Of a DNA stretch of 55,134 bases, positions 10,043-20,464 are shown piece by piece. Source of the stretch: Chrysochromulina tobinii (taxonomy: Eukaryota); the NCBI GenBank assembly GCA_001275005.1, contig JWZX01003349.1, positions 1-55,134 on the forward strand. Direction: 5' to 3'. Below the pieces are notes generated by a model, which did not search any database, had not been told where the DNA came from, and saw only the letters and a list, made by a program, of their open reading frames with translations. Numbering within the stretch: the first letter of the stretch is position 1; each line of letters starts with the position of its first letter. Both the position numbers and the translations under genes were made by a program.

Positions 10043-11818
10043 ATGTCGACTCGCATCTTCCCAGCGGTTCCGACGCTGACCGATGGCGCGGCGAATGGCA
10101 TTATCTATGCCACGCTCGGGCTCGTCCTCATCTTGACAATTGGTTTCTTCCTCCAGAGCCGGGAAAACAGGAAGAATGCCACCGACAAGGTGCTTGACCG
10201 TGCACACGCTCTCCAGAGAGAAACACAGTCACGCCCTTGACCCGAGCGATGACCTGCGAACCTTTTCTCCTCCACGCCTCAGGACTCGTACATGGCAGCG
10301 CGCAACTCACAGGGTCTCGTCTCGATGACGCTGTCGTACTTCGTGAGTGGCATAGGTGCATGGGTCATTTTCGCTGCGCCTCAGGCAGCGGTCATCGGCG
10401 GCTGGCCAGCGCTCGTCGGCTACGCCGTCTCGACGGTGGTTCCGCTGCTACTGTTCGGCCTCATCGCGCCTCCTATGCGCAACCAGTTGCCCAAAGGCTT
10501 CACCCTGAACGAGTATGTGTACGGTCGCTTCGGGACGCCGTGCACCGTCTACTTCGCCTTCGTGTCAATGTTCTACATGGTCCTGTACTTGGCTGCCGAG
10601 CTTAGCTCGGCGAGCGCGCTTGCAACCGGCCTCTCGCTCATCACGGTACAGGGCAGCACGTGGTGGCAGAACGAAAATGTGTTCCTTCCGACGGCGGTCT
10701 CGCCGATCGTCGGAATGTCGGTTATCACCCTCTTCTACACAGTCATTGGCGGGCTGCCTGTATCGATCGTGACCGACCGCGTGCAGGGCGTGGGCGTCTT
10801 GGTACTGACTATCCTCGTCACTATCGCCGCGTACGCCGAAGCTGGCGTGGGCGACCAGGCGTCCTGGGACGAGGTCGTCGGCCACGGCATCTCCCCTGTC
10901 TACGTGCCTACCGACTACGGCAACTCGTTCGCAGTCGCCATTTCACTCATCATCGGCGTCACGTGCGCCAACCTCGTTCACGCGGGCTATTGGCAGCGCA
11001 TCTGGGCCGCTGAGTCGAACAGGACCGTCGTGCATGCCACATACTATTCCTCGGCGCTCACAATCGTGATCATGATCCTGGTCGGTATCACAGGGTGGAT
11101 CGCGTACTCGCACTTCGTAATCCTGATGAGCCCGAACGTGCCGGGCGGCGACCCGTCGTTCCTCTCGGTGCCCTGGCTCATCAATACCTTCATGGGCGAG
11201 GGTTGGGCGGTCGTCGTGATGATCTTAGGCATCTCGATGATCGCCTCCACATGCGATACGCTTCAGTCAGGGATGACGGCGCTCCTTTGGCCGTTCGCCA
11301 AGCTATGCTTCCCGAACGGCTCAGGCATTTTCCAGCTCAGTTTCGTCGTTTTTCTAACCGTGCTCTTCAACGTGCCGCCCGTGCTGCTCGCGCTTTCGGG
11401 CCAATCCATCCTGCAGCTCTTCTTGCTCGCCGATCTGCTCGCCGCCGGCGTCGTCGCGCCGCTCTTCATGGGCGTCTTTTGGAAAAAGTGCCACCCGATC
11501 GGCGCGCTCGCGGGCTCAGTTGGCGGACTGCTCACCACGCTCATCGTGTACGCCATCGGCGAGGCCTGGGGCGAGGGCTTCGCTATCCTCGTCTCGCAAG
11601 GTGGCATCTTCCGCCGAGTTGCCACCTACGCCTTCTGCATCACGCCCGTCGCCTCGGGCCTCATCACCGCCGCCGTCTCCTCGATCTTCTTCCCAGCATA
11701 CGAGTTCGCGGGTTATAAGAATGCGGCCGCGGAAGGTGGATCGGGAACAGCCAGGGGCCAGGTCACGACGGCAGGGGTCCAGATAGCTGTAGCAGCGGCA
11801 ACAGCCTCGTCCGTGTAG
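10043..11818 (+). CDS. Sodium:solute symporter (SSS) of the ThiV/SSSP/Dur31-like clade; exons 10043-10189 and 10283-11818
   Basis: Many TM segments; motifs GAWVIF...GYA, PKGFTLNEYVYGRFG, FYMVLYLAAEL, YTVIGGLPVSIVTDRVQ, GYWQRIWAA; splicing adds the missing first TM helix in frame. Confidence 0.9.
10190..10282 (+). other. 93-nt GT-AG spliceosomal intron of the SSS gene
   Basis: AAG|GTGC donor and pyrimidine tract ccttttctcctccacgcctcag acceptor; phase-0 join gives NATDK-DSYMAARN. Confidence 0.85.
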
Positions 11819-12872
11819 TCGGCGCTGTGTAAACGGGGAGGGTGCAAGGCGCACGCGCGAGAGACCGGGCCGGCGGAGCGGGCGCTGCTTGTACAGGGAG
11901 GGCATGGGGGCTAGGAAGAGAGGAGAGGTGGGGTGGCAAGGTGGGCGGCGCAGCGAGGAGCGAACTGTGATCGCCTTGGACATCTCTCAGCCAAGGCTAC
12001 CAGCAGTTCCCAAACCGCCTTTGAGGCGACACGTCGAGCAGGTAGGGCGTCGCGGCGTCGGTGAGTTTGGATTCCGAGCCGACGCGGACGGAGGGCTTGT
12101 GAGTGCAGCGTCACCGCGAGCACGCAGTGGCGCCGGCCGATGGACCGTCGCTGCGTGCCGACTGCACTTTCGACCTCACGTATTAAGTATTTAGATACAT
12201 ATGATATTCACTTTAGATACAATAATAGTAGGCCCCGTAGCTACGAAGTACGATACGTACCGGAGCCCGATCCACGACAAACTTAGCCGTACCCATCTGG
12301 ACATCAATTGCCTGCCTGGTGTGTGGTGAGCGCGGCGACAACCCGGACGTCGCCTTTCACTAAAGCGTAAGCTCGGGCTAAAGCTTCCTAGACCAGGCGC
12401 TTACTACATGGGGACATCGTACATGTATCGCGGTGGGTGGGCGGGAGCGCGGGACCACTTAGCTCTCGACTGAGCGTCAGACATAGATGTTCTTGCTTCT
12501 TTTTGCTTCTTGGATGGCACCGATCGTTCGAGAATCTCCCCAACGAGGTGCATGCAACCTGTCACGTGCAAGGGGTCACGTGTCTCCCGTTGGAAATAAA
12601 TCGGGATGCGCATCAAACAATTTCGAGATTCCCTTGGAACCTGAAACGTGAGCAGCATATCTCCCGACATGCATTTTAAATGCATTTACGTGGTACCATA
12701 CCCCTGGCTGGGCTCTATAAGCAAGCAAGCATCGTGAGTAGTCAAAACAACACAAGTATCTAAACAAGCGCAATCGAAAACCTTGCTTGCTTGTTTGGGC
12801 CTTGAAAGCTCAGCCGACAGTCTCGTCAAACCGCACACAGCACCGCCTCTTCACACATTTACCGGTACGTCG

Positions 12873-14575
12873 ATGGCGGCAGTGATCGAGGTCATTCTGC
12901 TGGCCGGCAGCAGCGTCTTCACGTCGTGCCAGCGAATCCAGCTTTTCGAAAGACCCTGCTACTACACGATGGTTGCAACCGCGGACCAAGATGGATGCGC
13001 TCTCGATACTCTGGACCGTTGCCGCTATGACCCGGAAGCTATAGATCGGCGCTTTGCCAATGACCCGCTCACAGTTGCCGGACGTATCGCAACGATCGTT
13101 GCGGCGGTCGCCAAGATCAAACTTGCCAATGACGATGGGGCAACACTGCGCGCGGAGCTCAGCCGCTTGGGACCAGTCTTCTGCAAGGTAGGACAGACTC
13201 TGGCAACGCGGCCCGATATCGTTGGGCTAGAGACTTCGCGCAATCTTGGAAAGCTGCAAAACGCGATGGCGCCCGAGCCCGATGCAGCGATAGCAATGGC
13301 CACGGTGCAGAAGTCTCTAGGCGCCACGCCCCTCGCGCGGGCCTTTCCTGAGATCACTCCTGCGCCGATTGCAGCTGCGTCGCTAGCGGAGGTCTACAAG
13401 GCAACGCTGGCCAATGGCCGTCAGGTGGCCGTCAAGGTGCAGCGGCCGGGGCTCGAGCTCAAGGTCGCTCTTGACCTATACTGTGCGCGCCGGCTGCTCG
13501 AGTTCGCTCAGAAACAGTTCAAGATCGGGGCGACGTGTCGGTGGTCGTCGCCGTGCTCGACGAAGTGGGCGCTGGGTTATTTGACGAACTCGACTTCACC
13601 GTCGAGGCCGCAAACATCCGACGCTTCCAGAGCCTGTACGGAAGCGCGTGCAAGGAGCTCGGCGTCGTGGTACCTGCTGTCGTCGAGCACCTCACCTCGA
13701 CACGTGTGCTGGTCACCGAATGGATGGACGGCGTCCCTCCGCGTGAGCTGCCGCCCACTGCGCGTGCCGCCCTCGCGAGCACGGCTGTACGCTGCCTCGC
13801 GATGCAGCTGATGACGCACGGCTTCATCCACTGTGACCCGCACGAAGGCAATCTGCTTGCGCTGCGTGACGGGCGCGTGGCGCTCCTCGACTTCGGGTTG
13901 ATGGCTCAGATGCGCCTCGACCACATGGAGGCGATGGCTCATGGCGTGCTCAACATCATGGCCGAGAACTATGAGGCACTCGTGCCCATCTTCAGGGGCA
14001 TGGGCGTGCTCGCAGACAAAGAGGACCTGCGTCGCCCGGGGACTGAGGAGCCCTTCCCGGCGGCGCTCAGGCGGTGCATGTCGGGCGAAGCGTCTGAAGC
14101 GGCTGGGGCGGCAACCGCTGTGGGAAGCCCTGCGGCGATCACCTCTGGCAGCAAGGGCGGCTCTGCCTCCTCTACCGATAGGGGGCGCCGTCGGAGGCTC
14201 ATCCAGGACACTGACGGGACCGACCGGCGTCGCGCCTTTGGGCAGCTGTATGAAGAGCTGTCGGAGCTCGCGTTCAAGTATTACTTCACCATCCCATCGT
14301 ACTACATCCTCGTGATGCGGGCGTTTGTGACCCTAGAGGGCATCGCCCTCTCTGCGGACGAGCAAGGCTCCTTCAACATGTACTCCGTCACGGCACCGTA
14401 TGCTCGACGAAAGCTCTTCACCCCTAAGACCAAAGTCGGGCGCGCGCTGCTTCGTACGGCACTCTTCACGCCAGAAGGTCGGCGCGCGATCCAGCAGGGC
14501 ATGCGGCTGAGCTGGCCGCGACGGCTGCACCTACCTCGATGGCTGCGCCCATGGAGCTGGAGGGCACGTGCCTAG
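12873..14575 (+). CDS. ABC1/UbiB atypical kinase, probably plastid-targeted; one apparent -1 frameshift at 13527-13530
   Basis: LGPVFCKVGQTLATRPD (KxGQ), PIAAASLAEVYKA, VAVKVQRP, ELDFTVEAAN, HCDPHEGN, LLDFGL. Confidence 0.92.
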
Positions 14576-15262
14576 TGCGAGTCTTGCCGTTTTGTGTTCG
14601 CTTCAGTCCTGTGACCAGTAGAAGACTTACAATCATTCGGCGAGTCCTCCGCCCACCGCCGGGACGTCGAGAGCTCCGAACGCCGACGACCGGTTTCGGG
14701 TTTGGGCGTTCCGCCGACCGGCGGTAACACACAGCACGCACGGAACCGAGCACGGTCGCGGAGCGTCACATGTTGGCGTGTGATGTTTTACGGTCGTCAA
14801 TGATGTGAAGATGGGATCGCGATTCGCGGCTCGCTCGGAGACGGCGGGCGCTACCGCGCGGGCTGATCGTTAGGACGGACGTGCTGGTTTCGGTGGTCGT
14901 TTATAAAATGTTCCGACCGCCATGCGTGGCGGGTGTCTAGCCGAGCGGGTGTCCGGTCGAGATCATCCGATCGGGACATCTCCCGCCGGCGGCGCCGGCG
15001 GTCGGATAGCGGTCGGACGTCGGGACAGACGTTAAAGACGCGCCGCCCGCAGACAGTGCGGCCCATGGCCCACCGCATGTCGGATGACTTGAACATGGAC
15101 TTGAATCTTAGATATTCCGATGAAAATCGTGTTATATAGAGGTGCGGACGACCCGACGGTCGGCTGTGGAGCGACGTTATGTGCGACCGGTACTAATATT
15201 TACACATCCAGGACCTGTGTGTGCCCTTCTACGCTGTGTGCCCTACGCTGTGAGCAAGCTAA

Positions 15263-16510
15263 TTAACTTGAAGCGCCGCGACGCGGGGTCGTTCCTGTTG
15301 TTGTTCGTCGTGCTGATCCCGGCCGCTGCTGAGCTTTGGCTTGAGGTTTGGGTCGCATGTGCTCCACTGGCGTAGGCACGAGGCCACCGGCAGAGATCGG
15401 ACTGAGAAGGCTGTTGCTTGCTGCCGAGGCCGCCGTTAGCTGGTCCATCATGTCTGTCATGAGCTCGGGGTTGAGCTCGGAGTCAAGCTCGGGGCTCCTG
15501 TTCGAACTCTGACGTGCAATCGGGAGCAGGGGCACGCTGGCGGCGAGGTGGCCGGCTGGCGGTAACGCGGCGAGTCTTTCGCTGCCATGGAGCTCCTCCT
15601 CAGCAGCGGCCCGTCGGTCAGCTGGCTGCGGGTTGGCGCCAAACAGATGATGATTGGGCATCCGTGATCCGAATGATGAGGCGGCAGCGGGCGTCATGTT
15701 CCCGGGCGTTGTCCTGGGCGAGGCTCGCCCTGGTGTCCCTGGCGATGCAATAGGCAAGAAGAAGGGAAGGCGTGGCGTGTGAGAGGGCGTGTGGTTGGGG
15801 GACACGGGCCCAACCTCCTCCACGGGGTGCTCGAGCCGATCGAGCCGCTGCGGCGGAGGGCGGGGACTCATGCCACCTAATGGAGAAGCGCATCCGCGGG
15901 CAGCTGAAGGCAGGCTGAGGCTCGCCAGCGACGACGGTGGCTCGAAGGGTGCCGTCGCGCGTCGCTCGCCTCGGGGCGCTGTGGCTGCAGCTGAGCTGCT
16001 CGATGCGGGGATGGCGTTAGGGATGGCGGTGCTGGGGCTCTCACAGCGCCACTCGACTTGCGTCATGCCCGCACCGGCAAGGACATCGCTCACGCGCTGC
16101 CGGATCTCAGCGAGCTCCTTGGCGTAGCGCGCTGCTTTGGCTTCTGCCGCTGCAAGCTTGCGCTGCAGCTCGTCGTTCTCGACCTCACACCGTCGTAACT
16201 CCGGACCGAGCATGTTCTCTACCTCAAACTTCCAGCGCGAGCCACCGGGTCCGGCCATCGATGATGCCATCAGCGCCCTCAGCTGGCCAGGCGTCTTTCG
16301 CATGGCGTCGCTAACAGAGTTGCCGTCGCTCACCGACCCTCGGAAAGCTGGGCCCGTTGGTGGACTACAAGTGCTGGCCGAGCCGCGCGCAGACCTCTGG
16401 CCGCTGCCACCACCGCTTCCGCCCCTTGTAGTACTCGTAGGCCCAGCCCCAAGACCCGGCATGTTGGTGCACGAGGTGCTACCACGGATGCCACGAGCAC
16501 TGCATGACAT
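15263..16510 (-). CDS. Hypothetical low-complexity protein with a short coiled coil; start could be 16510 or 16462
   Basis: Long ORF with coiled coil ELRRCEVENDELQRKLAAAEAKAARYAKELAEIRQRV; Ser/Pro-rich remainder. Confidence 0.6.
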   Translation of the reverse strand: MSCSARGIRGSTSCTNMPGLGAGPTSTTRGGSGGGSGQRSARGSASTCSPPTGPAFRGSVSDGNSVSDAMRKTPGQLRALMASSMAGPGGSRWKFEVENMLGPELRRCEVENDELQRKLAAAEAKAARYAKELAEIRQRVSDVLAGAGMTQVEWRCESPSTAIPNAIPASSSSAAATAPRGERRATAPFEPPSSLASLSLPSAARGCASPLGGMSPRPPPQRLDRLEHPVEEVGPVSPNHTPSHTPRLPFFLPIASPGTPGRASPRTTPGNMTPAAASSFGSRMPNHHLFGANPQPADRRAAAEEELHGSERLAALPPAGHLAASVPLLPIARQSSNRSPELDSELNPELMTDMMDQLTAASAASNSLLSPISAGGLVPTPVEHMRPKPQAKAQQRPGSARRTTTGTTPRRGASS

Positions 16511-16940
16511 GCGAGGCTCGACTCGCGTATGTCTCGTGCGCGACGTCGACGTGAGCTCTCGTCCGCGCAGACGCAATGTCAGTGAGTGAGGCGACAGGTG
16601 AGCCTAAAAAAAGGGTATTTTCGGATCAAAGTAACGAAAATGGACAGATTTGCATGCGCACATCTTTTTCCATGGCCTGATGAAATGAAAGGTGAAATCG
16701 GGTTGGGTCTGCCTCAGAGCCATCTCACAGAGCTCTGTGTACATGTACATGTACCGGTAAGCTCTGTGCAGTCGATCGATACATTGTACTGTTCAGTGAC
16801 TCTCAGTTTGTACATGTACAATGATGTACGACTGTCGTGAAAATTATAAAATCTTCGATCGGATGTGAACCTTGAGTATTAACATGAAGGTAGGTTCCTA
16901 ATGTGCTCGGGTCCGAAGCGGACGAGACGTCGCGAGTTCA

Positions 16941-17999
16941 ATGCGGCGCGCCCAATCTGTGCCACCCATCAATCATTCCTGGGCGGCCATGGGCCGCTCG
17001 CTCGGCACATCAAGCAGCCCGATGGAGGACGCTACGATCACCACGTTGCTTGCTCAGCTGCGCAATCGCGTCGTGCTCATGATTGGCGACAGCTCCTTGC
17101 GCAACCAATTCGTGCAGTTGGCACGCATAGGCCTGTCCTTTGATCGGAACGCGCCTGTTGCGGACGCCATTGTTCATGGCGCACACCGCGGGAGTTTCTC
17201 ATTGCCGTGGCCAATCAAGCAGCCGGAGAAGCCTGATTCATCCAACGGCTTCTGGGGTGGCTTTCCATGGATGGTGGCCACGACGCCTCAGAACGTCACG
17301 CTCGTTTACGCCAAGGTGTGGGGTTGTGCCGAGCTCGGCAGCATCGTGCGCAAAACACGCGCCGTGCTGCTGCGCCATCGCCAGCGCTCGAACGAGCTCG
17401 GAGGCTGGCCGCCTCACTTGGTGCTCTGGAACTTTGGCCTGCACTTGTTGCATGTCTACCCTGCGCGGCCCGTGCCAACCGTGGCCCTCCGATGCGCCCT
17501 CCGGTACGAGGCGCTGGTGCACGAATCCACGCGTGAGCTTCGAGCGGTCTTGCCTCAGGCTCACCTCGTGTACCGCACGACAAATGCGGTATGCGACAAA
17601 CGCTTTGATGGGGCATGGGAGTTGGCGATGCGCGCGCATCATTGCGCAGCCTCTTACTCTGCAGTAGATGAGGCCGCGCCCAGACCGTTAGCGAACGCAT
17701 GCCGTTCGGAACGCCTACTTCGCGTGCAAGAAGGCTGCCGGCGACGGTACAACATCACGCTGGCAGAATGCGTGGCCACCTTCATGGACGAAGGCAACTC
17801 GCGCACTCAGCGTGCAAAAGCGATCTCGGCGACGTCGAGCCACCCTGCGCTCGTGAAGCTCTTCGATGCCTTTTCGATCACCGATGGACGCTGCGATGCG
17901 ACAGTTGACGGGCGGCATTACCCACGGCTGCTCGCAACCATCAACGCTCGATTTCTGACTCTTGCTGTGGCAGAAGTAGGCGAGACGGAGAGAACCTGA
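16941..17999 (+). CDS. SGNH-fold PC-esterase/TBL-like O-acyl esterase or transferase
   Basis: VLMIGDSSLRNQF (GDS motif), WNFGLHLLH, C-terminal DGRHY (DxxH). Confidence 0.8.
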   Translation: MRRAQSVPPINHSWAAMGRSLGTSSSPMEDATITTLLAQLRNRVVLMIGDSSLRNQFVQLARIGLSFDRNAPVADAIVHGAHRGSFSLPWPIKQPEKPDSSNGFWGGFPWMVATTPQNVTLVYAKVWGCAELGSIVRKTRAVLLRHRQRSNELGGWPPHLVLWNFGLHLLHVYPARPVPTVALRCALRYEALVHESTRELRAVLPQAHLVYRTTNAVCDKRFDGAWELAMRAHHCAASYSAVDEAAPRPLANACRSERLLRVQEGCRRRYNITLAECVATFMDEGNSRTQRAKAISATSSHPALVKLFDAFSITDGRCDATVDGRHYPRLLATINARFLTLAVAEVGETERT

Positions 18000-18514
18000 T
18001 CCCAGGTAAATGGTATTACGATCGTCGGGCTACAAAGTAACGGGGGAACGGCGGGCCGTGTGAGCGTGGCGGCTTTGGGTAAGAGGGTAAGAAGTTAGAC
18101 GAGTGTTGCATTGAGTCAAGTCAAGTCAAGGCTTCCTGTTCTTAGGTTGTCTGTTGTCGTACAAGTGACTTGAACCATTGACTTAGTCGCATTTTATAGC
18201 CGCACCACCGCGGCCGCCGACCTCCGCCGTGTTCTTGCCGGCTCTCTCTGGCACATACTGATTTCTAGTTTATGGCGGGGGCGGCGAGATCGGGTGTCAA
18301 CCAACACCACACCGAGGGGAGCCGGGTCTTAAACCGTCTGTCCGCCGCGTGAATAGGCACACGATGCGCAAGCCGCATTCCGCAAGCTTCGTCAAGTTCC
18401 TCGTCACGTCGTCTGACCGGGGCCCTCGTGCGCGTCGCAGACGGGCTTTTTCGGGTCGTTTGCAAGAGCGCGACGTGGGCCTTTAACGCGACACGTTCCA
18501 CAGGTTGCTCGGGC

Positions 18515-20095
18515 ATGTCGTCGTCAACGAGCACAGCCTTCTCAGGCGCGATTGTCGCCGAGGCGGAGGTCCTTAACCTGGTGCCACCGAGCAGAGTCGG
18601 CACAGGCATCTGCTTCCTCGATCACATGATCGATCAGCTGACGTCTCATGGCCAGGTGGGAGTCACGCTGCGCTGTGGCGTCGTCCACGCTAGCCCCGAG
18701 GTGACCAGCAGCTCCAACAAGCGGGCTGCGCCGAGCAGCCCGACGAGTTTTTTTGCGCCGCTCAAGGACTATGCCATGGACCAGACTGCTCGTCCGCACG
18801 ACCGCGACATTTTCATCGCCGCCGGCACGGCACTCGGAGCGGCTCTCCGCCGTGTTGTGGAGGAGGTGGCGAGCGAAGCGGTGAAGTCTCAGGCATCATC
18901 ACATGGTGCAGCCGCCGTATTTTGCTGCCCTCTCGACGAGGCCTTTGCTGAAGCAATCCTGGACTTACAGCCTCAGGACGCGACGCGGCGTGGCCGCTGC
19001 GTCGTGAGCCTTGAGCCGTATGGTCGGTTTGCTGGTGGGCCCTCGGGTCGCAAGTGGATCGGCCGGTATCGGACGGAGCACACGCCACTCTTCTGGGAGT
19101 CGCTGACCGCCGCTCTCGGAGCCGACCTCGTGCTACGCCGCGTGCGTGGCGGCAACGCTCACCACGTCATCGAGTCCGCATTCAAGTCGTTTGCGCGCGC
19201 CCTCCGCGCTGCCCTCGACAGCATGGCCGACGGTTTGCCCCACGGGTGCGCCTCGCCCTCGGCCGGGCCGGCCGCGCCTGCCGTGCAGCCGCGCCAACCG
19301 CGCACGGCCGAGCGGCGGCGCGCCACCAAGGAGACGACCATCGAGGTGCGCGTCAACTTGGACGCGCCTTGGCTCGATGCTGATGCACCCAAAGGCGGCG
19401 GAAGCGCTTGGACTGGGGAAGTGATGACCGCGACGAAGCTCCACGCCTCTGTGCGGCACACGTCCCGAGTAGCGACGGGAATCACAGTGCTCGATCGCGT
19501 GCTCACCGAGCTCGCGCGTGCCGCTGGCATCGAGATGATTGTCCACTGCGAAGGCGACCGTTACATCGACGACCATCACAGTGCCGAAGATGTGGCCATC
19601 ACCCTCGGCCAATGCTTGCACGAGGCCCTCGGCGACAAGGCAGGGCTGGCGCGCATGGGGTGCGCCGAGGGCGAGTACGGCAGTGCGCGGGTCCGCGCCG
19701 TGCTCGACCTGTCCGACCGGCCGCACTTTTGCTCCGATCTCTCCCTCGACGAGGAGTTTGTTGGTGGCCTTGGCGCGGAGGGCACCACAGGCGCGCCGGC
19801 GGGCGGCGGGGCGGGCAGTGACGGGGAGCCTGGCGAGGCACCAGCGCCCGCTGACGTGCTGTGTGGCAACGTGCTCTCGTGCGAGATGCTCTTCCATGTC
19901 TTCGATTCCCTCAGCCTCGAGATGCGCTCCACGTGCCATCTGGAGGCCCTCGCTGATCCAGGCTCGCCTGGTCACACGCTCGCGCTCGCGCTCGCCGCCG
20001 CTGAAGCCTACGGCGCCGCCCTCTCCCGCGCAATCCGGATCGACCCGCGCCGACGTGGCACCGTGGCCTCGTCAAAGGGGACGCTCTCGAAGTGA
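18515..20095 (+). CDS. HIS3: Imidazoleglycerol-phosphate dehydratase with two tandem IGPD modules
   Basis: Module 1: TGICFLDHMIDQL, PLDEA, GNAHHVIESAFK. Module 2: RATKETTI, IDDHHSAEDVAITLG, DLSDRP, C-terminal SSKGTL. Confidence 0.93.
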   Translation: MSSSTSTAFSGAIVAEAEVLNLVPPSRVGTGICFLDHMIDQLTSHGQVGVTLRCGVVHASPEVTSSSNKRAAPSSPTSFFAPLKDYAMDQTARPHDRDIFIAAGTALGAALRRVVEEVASEAVKSQASSHGAAAVFCCPLDEAFAEAILDLQPQDATRRGRCVVSLEPYGRFAGGPSGRKWIGRYRTEHTPLFWESLTAALGADLVLRRVRGGNAHHVIESAFKSFARALRAALDSMADGLPHGCASPSAGPAAPAVQPRQPRTAERRRATKETTIEVRVNLDAPWLDADAPKGGGSAWTGEVMTATKLHASVRHTSRVATGITVLDRVLTELARAAGIEMIVHCEGDRYIDDHHSAEDVAITLGQCLHEALGDKAGLARMGCAEGEYGSARVRAVLDLSDRPHFCSDLSLDEEFVGGLGAEGTTGAPAGGGAGSDGEPGEAPAPADVLCGNVLSCEMLFHVFDSLSLEMRSTCHLEALADPGSPGHTLALALAAAEAYGAALSRAIRIDPRRRGTVASSKGTLSK

Positions 20096-20464
20096 GCACC
20101 ACACCGCAAGATCTCGGCTCGTGCCTTCAGCGACCCACATGGACGCTGAACACCACGTCGGAGCGCATGTACAGGCAGCGCACGCGGGTCGCAGCTGCTG
20201 GTCAATTTTAATTGATGATGTTCGGGCCGGGCGGGAGCAGGCACGAGCTGGGGCCAGTTGTGCCAGCAGCACATCATTGCCGGTCCAGGCTCCAGGGGCG
20301 GTGCAGCGTGTCGCAATCAAGGGCATTGTGGGTAACATTGTGGGCATGGTCCGGACATATGTTGCAGAGCGCGCGCAGAGAGTACATACACTTTCAACGC
20401 GGACCGATGAATTCGATATTACACAGTTCTCACGCGTCACGGCGCACACCGACACCGTCGGGAC

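Noticed and set aside
11973..11997. Hairpin GCCTTGG-N11-CCAAGGC in the SSS 3' region
   Set aside because: A 7-bp GC-rich stem is expected by chance; no further structure supports it
12603..12665. TPP-riboswitch-like string GGGA...CGAGATTCCCTTGGAACCTGA downstream of the SSS gene
   Set aside because: It has CGAGA instead of UGAGA, no P5 stem and no closing AGG, and lies about 800 nt past the stop, beyond an AT-rich likely 3' end
3959..14575. Programmed ribosomal frameshifting as a shared system for the three split genes
   Set aside because: Directions are mixed (+1, +1, -1), there is no common slippery heptamer or shift-stop motif, and all lie in C/G homopolymers; sequencing error is far simpler
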